A stretch of 64,000 nt of DNA from positions 27,404,001-27,468,000 of the forward strand of contig OX597836.1 of NCBI GenBank assembly GCA_951406725.2. Reading direction: 5' to 3'. Positions 52,686-64,000 of this stretch are shown one piece after another. Position numbers and translations under genes: made by a program. Position 1 is the first letter of the stretch; every line of letters begins with the position of its first letter. This DNA is from Octopus vulgaris. Its lineage: Eukaryota. The notes under the pieces are model-generated. The model searched no databases and was not told the DNA's origin. It saw only the letters and a program-made list of their open reading frames with translations.

Positions 52686-55176
52686 CAGGGGTCTTCAACA
52701 AAGGACAATCTACAATATTCTTTTATATTCTTTATAGACATTCGACTGCGGCCATGCTGGGGCACCGCCTTGAAGAATTGTAGTCGAACAAATCGACACT
52801 AGTACTTGTTTTTTTTTAAAGTCAGGTATTTAATCTATCGGTTTCTTTTGCCGAACTGATAAGTTACGGGAACATAAACACACGAATACCGGTTATCAAG
52901 CAGTGGTGGGGGACAAACACACACACACACAGATATGACAAGCTTCTTTCAGTTTCTGTCTACCAAGTTTGTTCACAAATCTTTGGTCAGTCTGAGGTTA
53001 TAGTAAAAGACATTTGTCCAAGGTACCAAGCAGTAGAACTGAACCAATAATCATGTGGTTAGGAAGCAAGCTTCTTGCCACACAACCACCCCCGCACCTG
53101 ACTGAATGAATTGTATGACCATATAACGGAAAAAAGAAATTCTACATAAGTTGATCATAAAATATATAAATTTAATGCCTCGTAGGTCTGGTTCCATTTA
53201 AAGCCAAATGATTTTAGTCTTCTCAATCTTTAATCAACACGTTCTACTTTGTTAAAATAACATGTGCATGAAATCTCCTTCAATTAAGTGGTGCTCCTTT
53301 TTGTGGTGATATTGATACTGTCAATAATTGCATTAGGCTAATTTATACAACTGTTTACAGAGGAAAATGAAACATTACCTCCTGATGAATCGTGGTTAAA
53401 TTATCAGAAATAATTAACGGTTAATTAGTGCACTCTTGCCTTTAAACCAAATAACGACACTGCGTACGTTCATACACACATAGTTTTGTTTGTTCCTTCT
53501 CGAGCCATGCCTGGCTCATAAGGGCCGGTTTCCCGATTTCTTGGCGTATACGTTCCCCACCTGGACGAGACGCCGGTCCGTCGCAGGTGAGCTGCAAGAT
53601 GCAGGAGGAAAGAGTGAGAGAAAGTTGTGGCGAAAGAGTCAGCAGAAGTTCGCCATTACCTTCTGCCGGAGCCGCGTGGAGCTTAGGTGTTTCGCTCATA
53701 AACACACATCGCCCAGTCTGAGATTCGAGCCGGCGATCCTTCGACCGCGAGTCCTCTGCTTTAACCACTAGGCCATGTGCCTCCATATACGCACATGTGT
53801 GCATATATATGTATGCATGTGTGTATGTGTGTTTTAAGTGTAATTGTGTCTGGGTCGTGCTAGTGTGTGTGTGTTACGTGTGCGGCGTTTCATCTCCGGT
53901 TTGGTCTGATCAAGATTACCCCTAAAGAAAAGCATTCCGGATATGACCATTTTGTCATTTTGTTCAGACATAGTCTGCCTCGGACTACATTAATACATGC
54001 GTCTTTGTTGTAAGATGTAGGAGGTGTGATACAGTGGAGTTTTGTTTGGAGAAATAAAATAACAATCTGCTCACCGTTCCGTATATCATGAAAAAAGCAT
54101 AATAAAGAAATACTGTGTCTAACAAGCATGTACTTTTCCTAACAGAAAGATTCCAGAAGATCTTTAGCACGAGTTCTGTAAATTCCAGTTGCAGTTGTTT
54201 AGACAAAATGAGGTTCCAAAATTTTCCACAGTAGTTAAAACCTCAGAAGTGTTTATCATCTCTTAAAAGACGAATGAATCTGTAAAAATGCATGAAGCTC
54301 TCCTCTCAATAGTAAATATTCATTTAAAAGTGTTTTACTAGTTCTCTAGAAATTCAACAATTTTTTTATGAAATGGCATACACCGAGTTAAGAGAAACCT
54401 CATTCAAAACAAGTTAAAAAGTGAGTCGATTCCGAGGACTCATACGGCCAGTTAATTGGTTTCTGTAGCGTACAAGTGACCGAGATCAAAACACTCTTGC
54501 TGAACGGGACACCAGACGGGAACAACGTGAAATGAAGTGCTTTGTTCAATAACACTATGTTGCGTTCGGGCCAGAAATCGGAACATTGTTCTTGCAATCG
54601 CGAGCGCAACACACTAACCACTAAGCCAGGCACCTCCAAAAGCAAGGTATACACATTTCATTTTTAAAATTGAAACCCGGAGACGAAATAAGCTCTACAT
54701 CTTTGTCCCGTTATATATGGAGGTTTAAAAATAGAGACTGAAACGACGTTATTCTAAAAAGGAGACATTTTCTCAGTGCCTACACTACAAGAAATTTAGC
54801 CTTTATTTTTTATACACATTTCTTTCACGGGTCCATTTAAAATCCGATCAAGATGAAAATATTTTATACTCGTATCTCTGTTTACAGCGGTGAAGATTAT
54901 ACCATCCTCAACTATATGCCTAGAGCTAGGCAGCAACGACGATAGAGTCTCTACATGTTTGTCCAACCTTCTAGCTTTAAGAGCCAAATCTCATATTTTG
55001 CATAAATACACCTATATAATTACGCAAACACACACAAACGCGATTCACTCGCATATACTTAAAAATATGCATGAATCTACTTTCTACAAAATCTCACTCA
55101 AATGCTTTGTCTCTTTCTCGTTCAAACTTCTCACTTTTTGCTCTTTCAGTGTAATTTCTATATTCGTCGCTTTTGT

Positions 55177-55258
<82 letters not shown>

Positions 55259-55280
55259 GTCTGTCTGTCTGTCTCGTCTG

Positions 55281-55463
<183 letters not shown>

Positions 55464-55489
55464 GTCTGTCTGTCTGTCTGTCTCGTCTG

Positions 55490-55568
<79 letters not shown>

Positions 55569-55671
55569 GTCACCCTGTATCTCTGTCTGCCTCTCTTTGT
55601 ATGTATGTATTCATGCATGCATGCATGTATGTATGTATGTATGTATGTATGTATGTATGTATGTATGTATG

Positions 55672-55726
<55 letters not shown>

Positions 55727-55745
55727 TTATCTATCTATCCATCTA

Positions 55746-55778
<33 letters not shown>

Positions 55779-55947
55779 GTATTGATCTTTCTTTCTGCCC
55801 TTGTTTCCTCTCTTTTTCCTTTTCTAAACGCTGTCTTTGAAAATTCTATGAAATTTTATGTGATAATGGAAATTTTTAGAATCCTTATATGAATTTGTTT
55901 GTCGAATTTGTTTGTAAAGAAGTTGAATAATGATAATAATAATAATG

Positions 55948-56002
<55 letters not shown>

Positions 56003-56297
56003 TAATAATAATAAAATATAGCAACAACAACTAAAAGAACAATTAAGATGGTGGTTGTAGCTACAATGTCGGGCATAATGATATTTATGATGATTATGAT
56101 AATTATGATGATGATGATGATGATAGTGATGATGATGGTGATGATGAAGATGATGGTAATGATGCTGACGGTAATGACAACAATGTTGGTGACGACGGCG
56201 ATACAGGAAAAAAGAACTGTAGGAACAACAACAACAACAACAACAACAATAATAATGATTATAATAATACCAACATCAACAACAACATCAACAACAA

Positions 56298-56340
<43 letters not shown>

Positions 56341-56561
56341 CAATAATAATAATAATGATAGAGTGAAGGCTAGTGTTAAATCTGTTGATAATGAAAGCAG
56401 ACAGATCAAGCAAAAGTACATGTAAATAAAAGGAAAAAAAAATCAAAAAAGAAAATGAAAAACGCACTGAATCGAGGTGGAGGTGGGCATATATAGAAGT
56501 CCTATTATGGAGAATGGAAAGCTAGAAAATTGCAGCATGACGGAATAAAGTACAATGAATA

Positions 56562-56604
<43 letters not shown>

Positions 56605-57018
56605 CGACGATGACAATAATGATAACAACAATGATAATAATAATGAAATTATAATGATAATAATAAAAGAAATTGAAACTGAAAGTAAATATACAGAGAA
56701 TTTAGTGCTGCACATAATGACAAAATCGCAAAGCACAAGAAGTTTTGAGAAAATTCCTGCAAGTACTATAAATCATTTTTAAGAAGAATAAAAGAAGAAA
56801 AAAATTGAATATTTACAAAAAGGAAAATAAAAAAAAACAAGCAGTTATTTGAAGAAAATGGAGAACAGTGAAGCTATTGTGAGAATGAAGAAGATGAAGT
56901 AAGAATGAAAAAGATTTGCAGAGAAAATAGTAAAGGAGAAGGAATGTCAGAAAGAAAATGGAAGGATTAACGACCGTCAATGCGAAAAATGGTAAAAGCA
57001 ATCTCTCAGTTGTAGTTT

Positions 57019-57049
<31 letters not shown>

Positions 57050-57727
57050 CGAAGAAAAAAGAAAAAGAAAAATGAAGAACTGAAGAAATGGCTCCGAAAC
57101 AGTCCAATGAACATTGATATCTATAAGAAATGTCAAGCGGTGAGCTGGCGGAATCGTTAGCACGCCGGGCAAAATGCTTCGCGGTATTTCCGCCGGAATC
57201 AACTTTGCCTTTTATAATTTCGGGGGTTGATAAGGCGGCGAGATGCGTAGCCGTAATTCGTCTGCCGTTACGTTCTGAGTTCAAATTCCGTCGAGGTCGT
57301 CTTTGCCTTTCATCCTTTTGGGGGTCGTTAAATTAAGTACCAGTTACGCACTGGGGTCGATGTAATCGACTTAATCCGTTTGTCTGTCCTTGTTTGTCCT
57401 CTCTGTGTTTAGCCCCTTGTGGGTAGTAAAGAAATAGATATTTCGCCCGTCGCTACGTTCTGAGTTCAAATTCCGGCGAGGTCGACTTTGTTGTTATATA
57501 TATATAAAGTTAATCCAAACAAGAAAACACAAAAAAACACAGCAACGCGAGGACGTGGAACAAATAAAGTATTATTGGACGCTCAGGCCTGAAAGGAAGA
57601 AGGAGGGTTTAATGTCGGAAACAAAGGAGAAGGAAAGATCTCGAGAAGGGAAGACAGAGGAAAAAAAAAATGCTGGCGGTGCTCACGAGGTCACACTTTC
57701 CTACGACTGCGAGTCTGCTGTCCAGTG

Positions 57728-57761
<34 letters not shown>

Positions 57762-58599
57762 TGTATAGCCTCGGGCCGACCAAAGCCTTGTGAGTGGATT
57801 TGGTAGACGAAATCTAAAAGAAGCAAGAATGTGTATTTCTGTGCAAACACTACGCAGTGAACACAGATGTTCTCTCCGAATTCCGATCGATAACATATAT
57901 ATATATATTAAAAAAAGAAACAATATAACTGTAAGGAGAGTAAACTGAATATCCAATCAAATTATATTTATAGGATGTTAAAATATTATATTTTGTTTTT
58001 ATTTCGGCCATATTTATGTTTCTGAGATTAGTATATTTGCGGCTATATCCACGTTTATATGCTTCATTAACCGGAACCCTGGAGAAATATTTGTTTCCAT
58101 GACTTTGTTTACGGCTTCAGATGAAATCAGTAAAGCAAAACGCAAGAAATTGTGATTAAAAAAAAGTCCATCGACATTCCCATATGATTCAGGGAAACAT
58201 TCTCTAGGAAAAGATTCTATTAATCAGAATCGCACTACAATTTCAGACACGTCGTTTGAAACCCGAAATTGGTTCGATATCCGGAAATATTTCTTGGATT
58301 TCTGCTATGACATTATTTAGTCTAATAGTAAAGGCGGCGAGCTTGGCAGAATCGTTAGCACGTCGGGCGAAATGCTTGTCGGTATTTCGTCTGCCGCTAC
58401 GTTCTGAGTTCAAATTCGACCGAGGTCGACTTTGCCTTTCATCCTTTCGGGGTCGAATAAATAAGCACCAGTTACGCACTGTGGTCGATATAATCGACTT
58501 AATCCGTGGAGCTTTAGGTGTTTTCGCTCAATAAACACTCACAACGCCCGGTCTGGGAATCGAAACCACGATCCTACGACCGCGAGTCTGCTGCCCTGT

Positions 58600-58633
<34 letters not shown>

Positions 58634-58650
58634 CGTATGTGTGTCTGTGC

Positions 58651-58694
<44 letters not shown>

Positions 58695-59484
58695 ATGTGT
58701 GAGTGCTTATGTGTGCGTGCACGTGTGTGTGCGCATGTGCGAATGTTTGTGTGCGTATGTGCGTGCGTATGTTCGCGCGCGTGTGTGTGCGTGCATGTGT
58801 GTGTGTACGCACGTGTGAATGTTTGTGTGTATGTGTGTATGTGTGCGTATGTGTATGTGTGTATGTGTGCGTGCGTGTGTGTGTGTGTGTGTTTATAACT
58901 GAGTATGCGTTTGCTTCCGTGTGTAGAACCTATGCTTGTATGTCTGTTTGTCGGCCTTTCTCTCCGAGGCTCTTTTTCTCTCTCTCTCTCTCACTCCCTT
59001 TCTTTCTCTCTCTCTCTTTTTCTCTCTCTCCATAAGTTTGTGTGTCTGTGTGTGAATGTGTGTGTGTGTGTGTGTGCGCGTATGTTTGTGGTGTGTGTAT
59101 TGAGTGTCTGTGTGTGCTTGCACGTGTATGTGTGTGTGAGTGTCCGTGTGTGCGTGTACGTGTGTGTATGCATGTCCCACTTCTACTGCATGTATGTGTG
59201 TAGGTGAGTGCGTGAGTGTGCGTGTGCGTATGAGTGTGTGCATGTGTGTGTACGAATGTACACGTGTACACGTGTCTGTGTGTGTGCGTGCTCGTGTGTG
59301 TATGCCCGTGTAATTGTTTGTGTGTGTCTGTGTGTGAATGTGTGTGTGTGTGTGCGCGCGCGCGCGTATGTTTGTATGTATACATGTGTGAATGTGTGTG
59401 TATGTGTTTGTTTGTGTGTGTGTGTGTGTGTGTGTCTGTTTGTGTGTGTGTGTGCGTGTATGTTTGTGTGTATGCATGTGTGAA

Positions 59485-59532
<48 letters not shown>

Positions 59533-59696
59533 CTAGCGCGCATGTGTGTGTCCATTTGCCCGCATTTAATGAATTGTCGAGAGTTATTAAGTGGAAGAAA
59601 TAATGCAAGATCGGTGAAGATTTTTCAAGTGAATATATTCGAAAAATGTCAAAGAGAGAACCAGAAGTGGCTACGGCATCGTGTGTCTGTGTGTGT

Positions 59697-59837
59697 TGAC
59701 GTCATCGTTGCTAATGGTGACGAGCTGGGGAGAGTTGCTCGGCAACAGTCCGGTCCATCAGAAGCGTTGTCACACCTCGAAAAAACAGGTGGTGCTGCTT
59801 GGCAACCAAATTCCACAACGCTAGCAAACAGCAGATG
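59697..59837. promoter_or_regulatory. Candidate cis-regulatory module: CRE + three RFX X-boxes + two E-boxes
   Basis: TGACGTCA 59697-59704; GTTGCTAATGGTGAC 59707-59721; GTTGCTCGGCAAC 59734-59746; AACAGGTGG 59784-59792; GCTGCTTGGCAAC 59794-59806; CAGATG 59832-59837. All lie in a non-repetitive island upstream of the minus-strand gene. Confidence 0.6.
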
Positions 59838-60005
59838 AGGCAGCGGCGTTCACACTCTCGCGCACACACAAACACACAACACACGCACGCGCACTCTCAC
59901 GCTCATACATACAAACATACATACGTGTTTACATATACACATTCGTAGATGCTTGTATGTACACACACACACACGCATATATACACATATACATACATAT
60001 GTATA

Positions 60006-60071
<66 letters not shown>

Positions 60072-60483
60072 TATATATACTTTCCTACACTAGGCACGAA
60101 ATTTTTGGGGAGGGTGCCAGTCAATAAGATCGATCTCAGAACGCGACTGATACTTAATTTATCGACTCCGAAAGGATGAAAGGCAAAGTCAACCTCGGCG
60201 GAATTTGAACTCAGAACGCAAAGACAGAATTTCGCCCGGCGTGCTAAACTTTCTTATTTCTTTATTGCTCACAAGAGGCTACACACAGAAGGGGACAGAC
60301 AAACGGATTAAGTCGATTATATCGACTCCAGTGCGTAACTGGTACTTATTTAATCGACCCCGAAAGGATGAAAGGCAAAGTCGGCCTCGGCAGAATTTGA
60401 ACTCAGAACGTAACGGCAGACGAAACACCGCTACGCATTTCGCCCGGTGTGCTAACGTTTCTGCCAGCTCGCTGCTTTTACTA

Positions 60484-60551
<68 letters not shown>

Positions 60552-60776
60552 ATGAATGTCTATACAAACACACACACACACACACGCTCACAAACATTCT
60601 TTTATTTGTTTCTGTCATTTGACTGCGTCCATGCTGGAGCACTGCCATTTAGTCGAACACATCGACCCCAGGACTTACTCTTTGTAAATCTAGTACTATT
60701 GCCGCTAAGTTACAGGGACGTAAACATACCAACATCGGTTGTCAACCGATGGTGGGGGACCAACAGAGACACACAA

Positions 60777-60855
<79 letters not shown>

Positions 60856-61525
60856 TATACGACCGACTTATTTCAGTTTCCCTCTATCAAATCCACTCAC
60901 AAGGCTGTGGTCGGCCCGAGGTGATTTGAAAACTACAGATACAAGCCATCACTGGAACTCTAAAAATCTGTAAAACTTTCCAAAAGTTTACCATTAAAGT
61001 ATATATGAGCATGTCTAGATATGCAAGTATATGCATGAGAAGACATACATAAAACAAAGCATAGAAATCGGCACGTAAACATACATACATACATACATAC
61101 ATACATACATACATACATACATACAAACATACATACATACATACATACATACATACATACATGCATACATACATACATACATACATACATACATACATAC
61201 ATACAAACATACATACATACATACATGCATACATACATACATACATACATACATACATACATACATGCATACATACATACATACATACATACATACAAAC
61301 ATACAAATATACATACATACATACATGCATACATACATACATACATACATACATACAAACATACAAATATACATACATACATACATGCATACATACATAC
61401 ATACATACATACATACAAACATACAAATATACATACATACATACATGCATACATACATACATACATACATACATACATACATACAAACATACAAATATAC
61501 ATACATACATACATGCATACATACA

Positions 61526-61559
<34 letters not shown>

Positions 61560-61679
61560 CATACATGCATACATACTCTGTTGTTGATGTTGAAATTCCA
61601 ATGAAGAAGGTTTGGGTCTAGGTTAGTAATCGGTTCTTCCTCTATTGGCAAGAAATCTTGAAATAAAATTGAATAATGT

Positions 61680-62157
61680 CATACATATATACATACACGC
61701 ATGCAGACATACAAATCCAGTACCCAAGACATATCTTCAGCAAGAAGATACGTAGCGTCCCGGCTGGAGCAAAGTATGACCGAAATGGGGTTCTTGGAGA
61801 GAGAACGCAATTCCTTAATTATACACGCATACATGCATACGCACATACATACATATATACATACACGCATGCAGACATACAAATCCAGTACCCAAGACAT
61901 ATCTTCAGCAAGAAGATACGTAGCGTCCCGGCTGGAGCAAAGTATGACCGAAATGGGGTTCTTGGAGAGAGAACGCAATTCCTTAATTATACACGCATAC
62001 ATGCATACACACATACATATATATATACATACACGCATGCAGACATACAAATCCAGTACCCAAGATATATCTTCAGCAACAAGATACGTAGCGTCCCGGC
62101 TGGAGCAAAGTATGACCGAAATGGGGTTCTTGGAGAGAGAGCGCGATTCCTTAATTC
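61680..62157. repeat. 168-bp tandem repeat, about 2.85 near-identical units
   Basis: caaatccagtacccaaga starts at 61712, 61880 and 62048. Confidence 0.95.
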
Positions 62158-62319
62158 TTACACTTAAAATGATCACAATATCTGGGAATATAAAAAATTT
62201 CAAGACCTTCCTAAGTTTTAATGGATAACAAACAGAACATTATGTTTTCCTTCACAACCTTGCTACGAAGCGGGTAACCGATCGAAATTAACTCTAATTT
62301 AAGATGAGAAAAAGAAATC

Positions 62320-62360
<41 letters not shown>

Positions 62361-63120
62361 CACGCGTGTATATGTGTATGTGTGTATATCTATGTGTATC
62401 TGTGTAAGCGTGTGTGCATGCATTGACATATTTCTGTGTGTATGCCAGAGTACACAGTCAGTACTATAACTGAATGTGTCATTTAATTAAGTGTGAACTG
62501 AGTAGGTAACCTGCCAGAGCTTAGTTACGCTGTGAAACCTAATCGCACTCAAAAATATTTCAAGAGAACCAATATAAAACCAAAGAACAATGCGTCACTC
62601 ACGCTATAATATACTACTACTATTTATAGTGTATGTGTATGTCTGATTGCGCGCGCGCCCGCGCGTGTGTCTGTGAGTGTCTAATTGTGAGAATGTAGTT
62701 AAATATACCTGTCCCAATAACCGTTGTTGTTGCTGTAATTTTACTTTGTTTTATGATCTAAGACATTCCATCCATGACCACTCATTAGTATCTTCAAGTG
62801 TAATATATATAACATCGTATAATCCAGTTTGTTATGGTACACGGGGAACCGCTAATACTGGGTAGATTTGTTTACAAAACAAACACCCGAGAGCGCGGTA
62901 TATGAAACAATGGCGTTGGAACATGGAATATTGAATAAATAAAATGGTTGCGCGGTTTGGAAAGCTACTTGGCAGTTTTACAGCTTCAGGTTAGTTCCCA
63001 CTGCGAAGTGCAACCAGCAAATGTTTTCTGTTTAAAATATTGAGTTGATTTATTGTTTTCGAGTAGAATTTACCCGACGGAAGTTATTGTGATATATATG
63101 AACATTTATACATACATACT

Positions 63121-63214
<94 letters not shown>

Positions 63215-63289
63215 TTGCACCTAGCTGCCTACATTAATTTTTTATCTACCTATCTGTCTGTCAGTCTATCTACCTAACTATCTATCTTT

Positions 63290-63383
<94 letters not shown>

Positions 63384-63397
63384 GTCTGTCTATTTAG

Positions 63398-63688
63398 TCA
63401 TATATGGGGCACCATGGCCCACTCTAGCAAAGAGTGATTATTGTTGGAGACATATCCGTATGTAGGAGGTTGGTCCGGGATTTTTTGGAGTAATTTGTCC
63501 AGAGAACTTTTGAATTTTATGGGGTCTGTTTCCATTTTGATGCATTTTGGTATAATATTAAAGAGAGCTGGACCGGTTGAGGTAAAGTAGTCGAGTCGTA
63601 ATGTTGTTATGTGTCTTGAGTTCGATTTTTGTAGCGGTCGGATAGCACGGGGATCAAATCTTGGATGGATTTTAAAATTGATGCCAAC
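63398..63688 (-). mobile_element. 3' end of a LINE ORF2 (CR1/L2/Jockey-group-like C-terminus)
   Basis: Open frame VGINFKIHPRFDPRAIRPLQKSNSRHITTLRLDYFTSTGPALFNIIPKCIKMETDPIKFKSSLDKLLQKIPDQPPTYGYVSNNNHSLLEWAMVPHI*, with the typical LFNxLP...FKxxLDxxL motif. Confidence 0.75.
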
Positions 63689-64000
63689 AAATGGCGGTGC
63701 CCCAGTATGACCACAGGTCGTGAGCTGAAACTAGATGAAATAAAAATAAAAAAAATTTATTTGTGCAATATTGATGGAATATTTTCCAATGGTCAGTCAT
63801 TCCTTGTCGAGATGGAGGGCTAGCGTGGTCCAATTCCTCTCAGAGCAATATCATAGGAAATCTAGAAGTTCTGCTAATGTGACCCAAAGGGATGCGGTCG
63901 AAGAAGAGAACTTAGAACGAAACGGTACTAACAGTATATGTAGAAGCAACACAGATAATTGATTTGAATTACATTTGAATTGGCTGAGGAGGGCGATACC

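Noticed and set aside
61680-62157. CRISPR-like or repeat-protein interpretation of the regular repeat
   Set aside because: The units are near-identical throughout with no unique spacers, the context is eukaryotic and there are no cas genes.

Overview
AT-rich eukaryotic window saturated with microsatellites and retroposons. Its repeat content (tRNA-derived SINE families, Penelope-type hammerhead repeats, very dense (AT)n/(ATAC)n/(AAT)n) looks like an octopod cephalopod genome; this is inference. Almost all ORFs in the supplied track are microsatellite artefacts. The one supported host gene is a minus-strand calmodulin paralogue with three located coding exons (44411-44453, 28271-28414, 5343-5585) and introns of about 16.0 and 22.7 kb. 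They splice in frame to SFEQTVKLTDEQVTEFKEAF...[12 protein letters not shown]. The ATG exon and a canonical last exon were not found. The introns hold SINEs, a (TAA)n-targeted cluster of R4/Dong-like retrotransposon ends, and Penelope, mariner and LINE fossils; a Helitron lies 3' of the last located exon. Most interesting: (1) several minimal type I hammerhead ribozymes with variant cores (U3-A8, U4C, A6U), including a 361-bp tandem-plus-inverted retrozyme-like unit at 11.1-11.9 kb; (2) a compact CRE + three RFX X-box + E-box module at 59.7-59.84 kb; (3) candidate alternative N- and C-termini for the calmodulin.
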